63,153 bases of DNA, filler included, from Halocafeteria seosinensis (GCA_001687465.1; 5 parts of 5 records of this genome joined end to end with filler, not necessarily neighbours in it), one strand, 5' to 3'; shown: positions 48,587 to 57,935, counted from the first letter of the whole stretch. Translations and numbers: made by a program. The notes: generated by a model from the sequence alone, not told the origin.

Positions 48587-49996
48587 GTGGATACTTTCAA
48601 AATGAAGGTTAAAACAATGGAAAGACCTCAATGGGTTACCGACCTTCTTAAAACTCATGGTTTTCTTGATAAACGCTTTATTCAACAAAGAGCAAAAGAA
48701 GAGCTCGTCAAGTTTAATACAAATGACAAGAATGAAGTGGAATTTGATCCAATTACGCATGAGTATAGAAAAGCTTACTTGGAACAATTTTACTTCAAAA
48801 TTCGTTGCCCTCCTTGTTTTGGTTATAAATCTTCAGACAATTTCCAACGATTTAAAAACTCTGATCTAGAAAATCAACTTGAGCCAATTAAGAACAGTAT
48901 GTATAAATGGATTCAAGGAAATCCCCGAACTTATGAAAAAATAGACTTTCTACCACCTCCAAACAAAAAAAGTTTAGATAAAGACATTTACAACCTCTAC
49001 AACGGTATGAGAGCCGAAAGACTACCAGTTTGCGAAGATGCTGATATCTCCATTTTTAAAGAACATTTGAATATATTAGCCGGAAACAACAAAGAGTGTT
49101 ACAACTACTTGGTTGGTTATTTGGGTCATTTATTAAAGAATCCTGGAGAATTAGTTGGGGTGGCTCTTGTGTTTATTTCAGCTCAAGGTACAGGAAAAAA
49201 TATATTTTTTGAACAGTTTGGAAAATACATATTAGGAGGATATTATAGAACTGATTCTAATCTTGATAATTTGGTGGGTTCTTATCCCGACCCAGCTGGG
49301 CTTTTACTCTGCTTGCTTACCGAAGTAAACGGACAAGAGAGCTATAAAAAGTCAGATCCATTGAAAAGCTTAATTACTGATGAAACTTTGAGACAAGAAC
49401 CCAAACACGTTCAAGCTTCATACGTATCTAACTATGGACGCTATATATTTCTGAGTAACCATAATAATTCGGTAAAAGTAGAACCTTCAGACCGTAGATA
49501 TGCGGTATTTAATCCTTCTACTGAAAGAAAGAATGATCATGATTATTTCAGGCGTTTAAACGAAGCTTTCGAAGACTCAAGTAAAGCCAGAGCACTCTAT
49601 GACTTCCTAATATATAACGCTTGGAATGTTTCCGACCTACGAGCAAAAAGACCAATAACCGAAGCTTATGAAAATATGAAAAGTATTAACCGCCCAATTG
49701 TCTTTGATTTCGCTAGATGGTTGACCCAAGAGTATAAAAATCCAAATAATCTTGACGAAGATGAGGATGATGAAGATCGAACCCGACAAAATTGTTTTGG
49801 TTCTCGTGAATTATTTAGTGAATTCAAAAAGTTCTTAAAAGACGATGGACGCAGTAAATGGGAATTCACACAAACTAAATTTTCTATTGAGTTGAGAAAA
49901 CTGGAAGATTATTTTAGAAAATACCGAAGCAACGGAACTAAGTATTTCATAGATTTGGATTCTCTCGAAGAAGCAATTGAAAACGGAGATATATAA
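48587..49996 (+). CDS. D5-like superfamily 3 helicase, probably 5'-truncated
   Basis: ISAQGTGKN (Walker A), LCLLTE (Walker B region), YIFLSNH (motif C), DRRY (arginine finger) and a C-terminal wHTH-like region; the frame starts at the host/virus junction. Confidence 0.9.
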   Translation: MDTFKMKVKTMERPQWVTDLLKTHGFLDKRFIQQRAKEELVKFNTNDKNEVEFDPITHEYRKAYLEQFYFKIRCPPCFGYKSSDNFQRFKNSDLENQLEPIKNSMYKWIQGNPRTYEKIDFLPPPNKKSLDKDIYNLYNGMRAERLPVCEDADISIFKEHLNILAGNNKECYNYLVGYLGHLLKNPGELVGVALVFISAQGTGKNIFFEQFGKYILGGYYRTDSNLDNLVGSYPDPAGLLLCLLTEVNGQESYKKSDPLKSLITDETLRQEPKHVQASYVSNYGRYIFLSNHNNSVKVEPSDRRYAVFNPSTERKNDHDYFRRLNEAFEDSSKARALYDFLIYNAWNVSDLRAKRPITEAYENMKSINRPIVFDFARWLTQEYKNPNNLDEDEDDEDRTRQNCFGSRELFSEFKKFLKDDGRSKWEFTQTKFSIELRKLEDYFRKYRSNGTKYFIDLDSLEEAIENGDI

Positions 49997-50024
49997 AACA
50001 GTCAAATAAGGTCATTTGACTGTT
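49997..50024 (+). terminator. Hairpin immediately after the helicase stop; candidate viral transcript 3'-end signal
   Basis: AACAGTCAAAT-aaggtc-ATTTGACTGTT, a perfect 11-bp stem. Confidence 0.55.
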
Positions 50025-50399
50025 CTTTTACTTTGTAATTACTAACAAACCTTAGTGGACAAGTTTATATAACCTGTCCAACCGTAGCCTCCAATAGTTA
50101 AAGCCTGTTTCAACGCTATTTGGACAGGTGGACAAGATGGAATAGAATTTTTGATTAGTTATAAATGAAGATCTTCTAGTATTCTGAAACTCTTGAAAAA
50201 ACTTGTCCATATGGTCCAATATTACAATTATGCAATTAAAACAGCTTAATCTATGTTTATTTCGCGGACTAGGTTAGAATCTGCCTCGTCCAAGTGTTCC
50301 AAATAGGATATAGTTAGATAGATAAACTAAAAAAATCAAGATCCAAAAAGGTCAAAAAGGATAAATCAATTTTTTTTTTTAATAAAAGAATATAAGTAA

Positions 50400-50522
50400 A
50401 TGTATTTTTATGGTGAAACAGTTGACAAATTCTTTGACTTTGGTTATAGATTGGGTGAATCCATATATATGACGTTAAGAGATAAAATTAAAGAAATCAA
50501 AACTTGTATTGAAGAATTTTGA
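50400..50522 (+). CDS. Small hypothetical viral protein (40 aa)
   Basis: ATG..TGA ORF MYFYGETVDKFFDFGYRLGESIYMTLRDKIKEIKTCIEEF after an AT-rich leader. Confidence 0.4.
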   Translation: MYFYGETVDKFFDFGYRLGESIYMTLRDKIKEIKTCIEEF

Positions 50523-50740
50523 TTAGTTTGTTTGATAGGACTAATCAAGAGAGACGTAGGAGGGAGAAAAGCCTTTTAGTCGGCGTGTCGCAAATTTTTT
50601 TGCCTGTTCAGGAGAACGGGCGTGTGTAATGATTTTTTTTCGGATAGTTCCAAAACGTGGATCATTGCGAGTCATATAAACTAAATATCTTCGTTTTGGA
50701 TTACTTGGCATTATATTATTTGAAGTGAAAATAATATAAA

Positions 50741-51100
50741 TTATTTGACTATTCTTACGTTAGCTATCAATTTAGGATTTCTTCCATTATCTGCCGGTGG
50801 ATATCCATAGGGGTATCTGCTCAATACTGTCCCAAGTTTATATCCAAACTCCCCTTCAGATAGTGGTCTCCAATAACCCATAATATCCGCAACAACATCT
50901 AAAAAATCTTTACAATCACTTAACATTCTACTATCTCCCCACCATTTTTTGAAACGTTCATATAAAGTACGTGGTTTTACGTAATTTCCTGAATCAACTG
51001 CTGGAACATTAAAAGCATATTGATCTTCTCTTACAGTTGTGTCTTTTTTTTCATAATTAGTACATTCTTTTAAGAATTGTAAGACAATTTTCTTATTCAT
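50741..51100 (-). CDS. Hypothetical viral protein, possibly a winged-helix domain of the primase/helicase C-terminal type
   Basis: 119-aa ORF; YVKPRTLYERFKKWW resembles D5/P4-alpha C-terminal wHTH; TATATA before the ATG. Confidence 0.6.
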   Translation of the reverse strand: MNKKIVLQFLKECTNYEKKDTTVREDQYAFNVPAVDSGNYVKPRTLYERFKKWWGDSRMLSDCKDFLDVVADIMGYWRPLSEGEFGYKLGTVLSRYPYGYPPADNGRNPKLIANVRIVK

Positions 51101-51114
51101 TATATAATATAAAT

Positions 51115-51720
51115 TTAAATTTTGTGGTTATCAAGTGGACATTTATCGATAAAACTCAGACACTCGAGACAAACAACATGAGAGTGATGGCATTTGAGTT
51201 TTTTAACAGTGTTAATATTTTCATAGCAAATGATACAAGGATCATTAGAATTTTCAAGCTGATGCGATTTAGGTCTTAGAAAATAAAAGTAATCTGAGCA
51301 ATGATTACCATTTTGGATATAAGCACCATTATAAACATTATAACCCATATTTCTAAGTTGTTTTTCAATGTTCTTTGGTTGAACGTTTTTTAAAAATTTA
51401 GTGTTGATAAGAACGTCTAAGAATTCTCTACTTTTTTTTTTATATTTACAATTTCCGTGTGTGAAACGTGAGAGAGGATAACCATTATTGATCAAACTGA
51501 CCAGAGTATCTTTGTCTTTCATTGCTTTAAAATGAAGGTTAAAAGTTTTGTTAAGTCGATATTTTAAGGCTAGATCTTCAATAGTTTTTTTACTCAATTT
51601 ATGAATAGGTGCATTACATTTTTGAACTAAGAAGTAACCGGCACAGGTTTTACGCTCACGAATTTCTTTATTTAACTCTTTTAATAAATCTTTTTCTTCA
51701 AGTTCTACTTGAATAACCAT
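51115..51720 (-). CDS. RING-finger protein (putative E3 ligase)
   Basis: C-terminal CIIC..C.HSH..CLEC....KCP. Confidence 0.8.
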   Translation of the reverse strand: MVIQVELEEKDLLKELNKEIRERKTCAGYFLVQKCNAPIHKLSKKTIEDLALKYRLNKTFNLHFKAMKDKDTLVSLINNGYPLSRFTHGNCKYKKKSREFLDVLINTKFLKNVQPKNIEKQLRNMGYNVYNGAYIQNGNHCSDYFYFLRPKSHQLENSNDPCIICYENINTVKKLKCHHSHVVCLECLSFIDKCPLDNHKI

Positions 51721-51773
51721 TCTATATATTATGTATTGATTTTTTTTTTAAATCAATACACAAAAAAAAATTC

Positions 51774-53543
51774 TTACTTAAGGAATCTATCTAAGGCTTT
51801 ATCAGTAGCTTTTTCGACACCTTTATTTAGGACTTTATTACCCACTTTAGAGACTGTATTGCCCAATTTTCCAAGTAATTTTTTGCTTTTACCAGCTCCA
51901 CCAATTTTTTGGTCAAGGTTTCTTTGTTCGGGCCATGATTCGGCTTTAAGGGCATCATCTTCGGTAAGGAATCCCCAAAAGAGTTGACTAACACCTTGAT
52001 AATTATATAAAAACTCGGAGTCGACCAGAACAATACTTAATTCGAGGGTGTTGTAGGTGGTACTAGATGTTTGGTTTTCAACTGTAAGTTCAACTCTTAA
52101 GTTTGTATGTGTATTTACGCCGGGGGCTAAACCGGCTTGTAGTTCAATATCTTCACCGAAATCGAAAACCAGGGGGGCAGAAGTGAGAGGGATACGAGAA
52201 CCGTCAGAATTAAGCCCGCGTCCTATAAAGGTTTCCCAGGGAATAGGGATATATTTACGGGTCATTGTGTAGAGGTCAGCTTGTGTGAATGTTCGCAAGA
52301 TATTAGCGTCATTACCCAATCGAATAGAACATGAATGAGGTACAAAATGAAAATCAGCATCTTGAGCTTCAAGATTTTCCCTGGGGATTCTAGCCATTGC
52401 AATCATTTTTTCGGATATGTTACTTAGTTGAATTTCATGAGATTGGATTTCTTTCTTTGCTCCTGGAACAAAATTAACAGGATCTCTTTTAGTTGTAACA
52501 TCAAACCGGTACATTGGCAAGGTGTTAATAATAGACATTGGTGAATCTCTAGACAAAGGGGCTTGCATTGCCAAATAATGTAATTTTGGGTTTAGAAAAG
52601 GATTATTATTTCCGAAGTCTTCACCGGTAACTTCAAAGCGTGGATTCGTGGCAGTCGAATCGTTACGGGCTAGTTTTGGAGAGTTTACAGTATCAAGATT
52701 TAATCTTAACTGTTTTACTCCCCATAATCCTTGATTATCCATTCCGTTTTCTCCATTAAAAATTAGAGGCGGAATCCAAGGAGTTGCTTCAAGGTGATAC
52801 TTAACATAGATATCTATAGAATCACCATTTGAAAAAGCTTCTGAAGTTGACACATTAAGAGCTTTTGAATTATTTCCAGTGATTCCGTTAATACCAATTA
52901 CAGTATTATTATTCGATGTGTAACCAGCACCGCCCGCTTGTAATTCATTTCCTTGAGGATCACAAAAAGCAATCGGAGCAAAAGCACCGTCGGGGACGTG
53001 TTGAGACTGTAAAGTCATATTTTGGTAGCTTGCTAGGGGGGTACTATTACTATTGGTTGCATCATTGTAGCTTTGGAATCCAATATCAATATTTGAAGGA
53101 GTATGATATGAATTGGCTCTATTTTCGTTGTACATGACAAGATTTAATCCTTGAAAACATTCGGAAAGATCAACAGAAATTTGTTGGTTATTAATGGTCA
53201 TTCTAGGGCTTTCAAACAGTCTATTAAGAGGATGATCCCTAAGGGCAATACTTTGGGGTACGTACAAAGTAGTATTCGCATTTATATCTGCCCGAGCAGT
53301 AAGGGTAAATTTATGAATATAATCGGTATTCACTCTTAAATCACGTCTAATAACGGTATCATAAGAAGGAGGATCAAGTTGAAATTGAAGCCCTCTTTTG
53401 CTGTTTGAACTAGCATCATCATCTTGGGCGTTATAATTTCGACCACTGATGAGAGTTTTCATTTGGGGTTCAAGTGGTTTAACAAGATCAGGGTAGTCCT
53501 TGTAAATTTTGGGTTGAAATTTTGGATCTGAAATTAAACTCAT
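51774..53543 (-). CDS. Virophage major capsid protein (double jelly-roll)
   Basis: 589 aa; motifs matching virophage MCPs (ALRDHPLNRLF..TINNQQISV, TPLASY, QGLWGV, IQLSNI, SIRLGNDANIL..TQADLY); C-terminal IGG-A diglycine site. Confidence 0.9.
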   Translation of the reverse strand: MSLISDPKFQPKIYKDYPDLVKPLEPQMKTLISGRNYNAQDDDASSNSKRGLQFQLDPPSYDTVIRRDLRVNTDYIHKFTLTARADINANTTLYVPQSIALRDHPLNRLFESPRMTINNQQISVDLSECFQGLNLVMYNENRANSYHTPSNIDIGFQSYNDATNSNSTPLASYQNMTLQSQHVPDGAFAPIAFCDPQGNELQAGGAGYTSNNNTVIGINGITGNNSKALNVSTSEAFSNGDSIDIYVKYHLEATPWIPPLIFNGENGMDNQGLWGVKQLRLNLDTVNSPKLARNDSTATNPRFEVTGEDFGNNNPFLNPKLHYLAMQAPLSRDSPMSIINTLPMYRFDVTTKRDPVNFVPGAKKEIQSHEIQLSNISEKMIAMARIPRENLEAQDADFHFVPHSCSIRLGNDANILRTFTQADLYTMTRKYIPIPWETFIGRGLNSDGSRIPLTSAPLVFDFGEDIELQAGLAPGVNTHTNLRVELTVENQTSSTTYNTLELSIVLVDSEFLYNYQGVSQLFWGFLTEDDALKAESWPEQRNLDQKIGGAGKSKKLLGKLGNTVSKVGNKVLNKGVEKATDKALDRFLK

Positions 53544-53553
53544 TTCTATATAC
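53544..53553 (-). promoter_or_regulatory. Candidate viral promoter motif TATATAGA directly upstream of the ATG (this copy precedes the MCP; the motif is shared by most viral genes)
   Basis: TATATAG(A) lies 0-4 nt before the ATG of ORFs starting at 51720, 53543, 54875, 56333, 57210, 57880 and 58891; variants before 51100, 54976 and 57936. Confidence 0.7.
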
Positions 53554-53624
53554 TGAGTAATAGAAAAAAGTATTTAAAAAGTAAGATCAAAAAAGGGTTT
53601 TGGTTGAATAAATTCTATAGTTGA

Positions 53625-54875
53625 TTATCTTTCTTCAACATCTCGTTTTTGAAAAATCAAGGATAAGTGAGCGGTACTTTGATTTGGCAATGTTAACGGT
53701 ATTAATTTAGATGAGAATCGATCTCTATAGTAAAATTGGATTTTGATTTCTCGCATCGGTCTGGAATCAACTGAAGAAATAGTTAAAAAGGTGTATTCAT
53801 TAGCGACGAATAATAAATTTTGTTGCCACGCGGTAGGGTTTTGTTTATCTATGGAGAATTCTGTAATAATATCTTGCATGTGGTCTTTTGTGATATCGTT
53901 AACTTTTCCGTATCTATTAGTTCCGTAATCTATAGGCTCGGTTTGAATAGCTGGAACAATATTCATATTTTGAGCCACTACAACAATAGATTCAACTGGA
54001 GACCAATAGTGACCGAGTGCTTGAAATTCTTGAGTCATTTTGTAATAAGGTTCTTCAGTACCTTCACCAGAACCATTTAAAGGATTTAAAGAAACGATAT
54101 TTCTTCCCAGATTACTCTGAAAATCAATTTCGAAATTTCTACCCAGGTCATCCGAATCAGAACCGTGAGAAAGAAAAGGTAAGTTACTAAAAACATTATA
54201 TGAATTTTGATTAAAAAACAATTGCCAATGTTCGTTATTGAGGGTGTTTATATTTCCAAATCCTTCAGTAGGTGCGTAACAAGATACTCGGTTGGTTTCC
54301 GGGTCATAGTACAAAAAAGGATATGAATTTTCACCAATAGTAGGATCGAAACCATTTAAACCAAGTATATTTGAGAATGCTGTTTGAATAGCGTTGTTGA
54401 ACATTGTTACAACGTGTTGGACCGAAAAACATTGATAGAATCCGTTTTCTATATCTTCAGGGGGAGGGGCTGACATATTTAACCGTTGAGAGTGATATTG
54501 AACAAATTGTTGATTATAGTGAGTTGTTCCACCTTGAACGACTTTTAAAGTGACGGAATATATTCCGTTTGTAGATGAATCTGTTTGTGTGAAAAAATGA
54601 AAAATAGGCAAATTTTGAGAAACTCCATCCAAATTAAATTTTCGGACAGCTGTTTTATATTTACTTGGATTTTCAACAATGGGATTTTTTGAAGTTTCAA
54701 TGAATTGACAATAAGGATTATTTGAGTCCCACATGGTTCTATCGGTTGCGTGGTTAATAATAGCTAAATCAACATATATATAATCGGGATCAGTTTCTTC
54801 TTCATCTGATTTTTGCACACTTAATTGATGGGTGAAAGGTGTACCGTCAGAAGTATAAAATTTCTGTTTTGACAT
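53625..54875 (-). CDS. Virophage minor capsid (penton) protein
   Basis: 416 aa directly upstream of the MCP; PDYIYVDLAIIN, NPIVENPSKY..VRKF..LPIF, WSPVESIV and YYRDRF..LIPL..L.LIFQK motifs. Confidence 0.85.
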   Translation of the reverse strand: MSKQKFYTSDGTPFTHQLSVQKSDEEETDPDYIYVDLAIINHATDRTMWDSNNPYCQFIETSKNPIVENPSKYKTAVRKFNLDGVSQNLPIFHFFTQTDSSTNGIYSVTLKVVQGGTTHYNQQFVQYHSQRLNMSAPPPEDIENGFYQCFSVQHVVTMFNNAIQTAFSNILGLNGFDPTIGENSYPFLYYDPETNRVSCYAPTEGFGNINTLNNEHWQLFFNQNSYNVFSNLPFLSHGSDSDDLGRNFEIDFQSNLGRNIVSLNPLNGSGEGTEEPYYKMTQEFQALGHYWSPVESIVVVAQNMNIVPAIQTEPIDYGTNRYGKVNDITKDHMQDIITEFSIDKQNPTAWQQNLLFVANEYTFLTISSVDSRPMREIKIQFYYRDRFSSKLIPLTLPNQSTAHLSLIFQKRDVEER

Positions 54876-54975
54876 CTATATATAAAGATCATATTTTTTG
54901 AAAAGTGAAAAAACTCTTTAGTTTGGGCTTTTATTTTAGAGTTTTGACATTTAATAAAAAAACTCTATAGAATAT

Positions 54976-55791
54976 ATGCCAAAACTTTATTTAGGAAATG
55001 AATATAATCCGGATGAAACAATTGGATTTGTCAAAAAACTTGATGGAACGGTAGAAGATCAAGTTGTCAATTTACATGAAGAACAATTAGGACAACCACC
55101 AGCAACAAAAGAGGAGGCTCAAATTGATTTGAATGGGGATTATTTTTTTTCTCCATTACCAAGAAAAGTCAAAAACAGATTTCCTTTTTGTACGTATTGT
55201 GCAGGCTGTAAAGGAAGTGGAAAGACCACATTGTTGTGCAATTGGGCAAACAATTATAAGGTATTAACACAAAATCCAGTGTATTTAATAAGCTCGAAAG
55301 ACTTTGATCCAACTATTGAAAAAGAACTAGGAGAAGATAACATAAAGAGAGTTGACACAAATGCATTTGCACCAGATGAAGAGGGTAATAAGGAACATAT
55401 ACCTGACATTGACGATTTTGAAGATTCTTTGGTTTGTTTTGATGATTTTATGAACGATAGAGATGCCGGTGAGATCTTGCATTTATTGAATGTTTTAGCT
55501 GAACGGGGGAGGGATAGAAGCATTTCTATTTTCTGTATTTTCCACAATGTTACCAATAGTCACAAAACAAAACTGATTTTGAACGAAAGCGACTATTTTA
55601 TTATTTTTCCGAAACTTTTAAGTAATCATAATTTTAGGTATTTTTCGCAACAATACGGTAACATAGATGATAAAAGACTGCTTAAGAAGCTCAAGAGAGA
55701 CGCGGGAAACTATATAGTAATCTCGAACGGTCCAAAGTACATTGTTTCAGCTCAGTCGACTTATTTACCTGATCATATATTTGATGATTAG
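54976..55791 (+). CDS. FtsK/HerA-family (A32-like) genome-packaging ATPase
   Basis: AGCKGSGKT (Walker A), LVCFDD (Walker B), ERGRDRSIS and ILNESDYFIIFP. Confidence 0.9.
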   Translation: MPKLYLGNEYNPDETIGFVKKLDGTVEDQVVNLHEEQLGQPPATKEEAQIDLNGDYFFSPLPRKVKNRFPFCTYCAGCKGSGKTTLLCNWANNYKVLTQNPVYLISSKDFDPTIEKELGEDNIKRVDTNAFAPDEEGNKEHIPDIDDFEDSLVCFDDFMNDRDAGEILHLLNVLAERGRDRSISIFCIFHNVTNSHKTKLILNESDYFIIFPKLLSNHNFRYFSQQYGNIDDKRLLKKLKRDAGNYIVISNGPKYIVSAQSTYLPDHIFDD

Positions 55792-55796
55792 TTTTA

Positions 55797-55822
55797 TATA
55801 ATTCAATTCAATTTGAATTATA
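55797..55822. terminator. Hairpin between convergent viral genes
   Basis: TATAATTCAA-ttcaat-TTGAATTATA, a 10-bp stem between stops at 55791 and 55842. Confidence 0.55.
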
Positions 55823-55841
55823 CTTTATTTCAATGGTTTTT

Positions 55842-56333
55842 TCAGCCTCTTATTAAAACACCACCTTTGGGTTGATAAAGATTTTCTTGTTTCACTATAT
55901 GACTGGCTTTCGGTAAGGAAACCCCTCGTTCTTTCATTACGTGTTTAACGAGCTCCCCACGGGATTGAATTCCGTCAGAACCTCCACCTTTTCCCAAACC
56001 GAGAACATTATTAGCAGATTTATCAAAAGCTTTTCCGATATCTGTCAACAGTGCACCGCCTTTTTGTCCGCCTTGAGACCCCCCGGCAGCGTCAACAATT
56101 GCGTCGGTAATGGTTTTAAAGATACCGCCTTTCTTCTGAGCTCCACCTTTACCAAGTCCAAATGGGTTTGCAAAGGTATCACCAATGCTACCAACAGTTT
56201 CAAATAGACCTCCACCGACCTGGCCCACTTGATCCAAAAAATCAAGTTCAAGTCCTTGTTTTTCCATTTCATCATAGAGTTTATTCAAAAGCTGTTTAGC
56301 TTTCTTTTTATTTATCTTTTTCCCTTTCGCCAT
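55842..56333 (-). CDS. Gly-rich putative virion core protein
   Basis: Several xGG sites; C-terminal RGELVKHVMKERGVSLPKASHIVKQENLY resembles a motif I recall from virophage proteins. Confidence 0.6.
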   Translation of the reverse strand: MAKGKKINKKKAKQLLNKLYDEMEKQGLELDFLDQVGQVGGGLFETVGSIGDTFANPFGLGKGGAQKKGGIFKTITDAIVDAAGGSQGGQKGGALLTDIGKAFDKSANNVLGLGKGGGSDGIQSRGELVKHVMKERGVSLPKASHIVKQENLYQPKGGVLIRG

Positions 56334-56361
56334 ATTCTATATATTCTATATGTAAAAAAAT

Positions 56362-57210
56362 TTATTTCATATGTTTCCTTGTTTTGTTATTGAGTACATC
56401 AGAAATAGAATCACGAATATTAATCAAATTGTTTAAAGTTGGTTTATCCAAAGCTTCCAATATATCTTTAACTTTGTTGGTTTTCATTGCAGTGGATAAA
56501 TTCCAAAGAGTTTGTTTATAACCTTCCAAATCTGTTTGAAATTTTTGGTTACTCTTTTTAATTTTATGATTCTCTAATAGAAAAATAAGAGAGTCAACAC
56601 CCTCACGCATTTGATGGAAAAAACCTAGCAAAGGATTATTCAAAATCTCTAAAATTTCATTATACTTTTTTGGTTTATTTTGGAGCTTATAGAAAGAATA
56701 CATTCTTTTTAATGATTTGTACAAATTTCCCTCATTTGCTTTTTCTTCTGCTTCTTTCTTGATATTGTTTATCATATCTTTCTTTGGGGTTAATTCCTTA
56801 TAAAATAAACTATTTGTAAACTCATGAAAAGAACCAGTAGAAGGCAAAAACGCTAAGACATCAATTTTGAAAAATACTTTCTTGTTTTGTAGTTGACTTT
56901 TTAAACTCACTTCACCTTGGTAACCTTTTTTGATTTGGTCTTTTGACCACCTAATTTTATGGTTATCGATTTCAGTTTTGACATCTCCCAAGTAAATATT
57001 CTTATTTGAGGAGAGTTTTTTTACTTTTTGTGAAAACTCTTTAACAACTTTATCAATATTGAGATCATCTAAAAATTGATTTATATCATAATCCATTGTA
57101 AAATATACATTTGGATCTTGTTGAGATCCGGCTAAGTTCCATTTTTTTCCGAACGTAATCAGCTTAATAACTTCTTTTTCATCATTTGTCAAAAAACTCT
57201 TTCTTTCCAT
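56362..57210 (-). CDS. Nucleotidyltransferase-like (pol-beta superfamily) protein
   Basis: LAGS.........DYD signature and a third acidic position in KIDV. Confidence 0.6.
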   Translation of the reverse strand: MERKSFLTNDEKEVIKLITFGKKWNLAGSQQDPNVYFTMDYDINQFLDDLNIDKVVKEFSQKVKKLSSNKNIYLGDVKTEIDNHKIRWSKDQIKKGYQGEVSLKSQLQNKKVFFKIDVLAFLPSTGSFHEFTNSLFYKELTPKKDMINNIKKEAEEKANEGNLYKSLKRMYSFYKLQNKPKKYNEILEILNNPLLGFFHQMREGVDSLIFLLENHKIKKSNQKFQTDLEGYKQTLWNLSTAMKTNKVKDILEALDKPTLNNLINIRDSISDVLNNKTRKHMK

Positions 57211-57217
57211 CTATATA

Positions 57218-57880
57218 TTATCGGACAATTTTTAAGGATTCTCTTTCCTCTCTTGGGTAGAGTGTCATATATTCGTTAATAGTTGGTATTTCTTTCACTT
57301 TGTTCCAATCCTCGGAGTTTGGAATATTTTCCACTTGATAATAGTATTTTTTCAAGTATTGAGCCTTTCTATAGACAATAAATGGGATTGGCTTTCGATA
57401 TCTTCGCTTTTGTTTTCTGCATGGAATCAAACAAGACTTTTCTGTTTCTTCTTTACCCATCCAATTCCCGAAAATTGGTCTGGTAGTTTTATAACTTATT
57501 TCATTTACATTATTCCCTAATTTTGGAAGAACGCAATAATCTAATGTTTGGTAAATTTTTATGGTATCTTCATAAGACAAACAAATATTTGGAAACATAA
57601 GCCAAATTTCATTATCTTTTCCAGCTAAATAAAAGAATTGGGTAGTTTCGCATAAATCAAAACGAACTTCAAGATGATGATATATTTTTATCATATAATT
57701 ATTTAATTCTTCAATACTCGGTAATTTTTTGCATTTAACTACCACCCATAAGGGCAACTGATCAGTGTTTTCTTCATTAAATTGCTCAATAATGGAGTGG
57801 TGTTCCCCGTTCCAGCTTTGAATACATGCTTCTTGAGAAAGATTTATTGGAAGTTCATCAGGATAAAGTAGGTGCGACAT
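57218..57880 (-). CDS. Hypothetical viral protein, possibly a degenerate AEP-primase-like fold
   Basis: 220-aa ORF with the upstream TATATAGA motif; IWLMFPNI resembles the AEP 'IH..FP' motif. Confidence 0.55.
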   Translation of the reverse strand: MSHLLYPDELPINLSQEACIQSWNGEHHSIIEQFNEENTDQLPLWVVVKCKKLPSIEELNNYMIKIYHHLEVRFDLCETTQFFYLAGKDNEIWLMFPNICLSYEDTIKIYQTLDYCVLPKLGNNVNEISYKTTRPIFGNWMGKEETEKSCLIPCRKQKRRYRKPIPFIVYRKAQYLKKYYYQVENIPNSEDWNKVKEIPTINEYMTLYPREERESLKIVR

Positions 57881-57935
57881 CTTCTATATATATAAATTTC
57901 TTATTTTTTTTACGACTTTCCAATATAGGAAGAAT

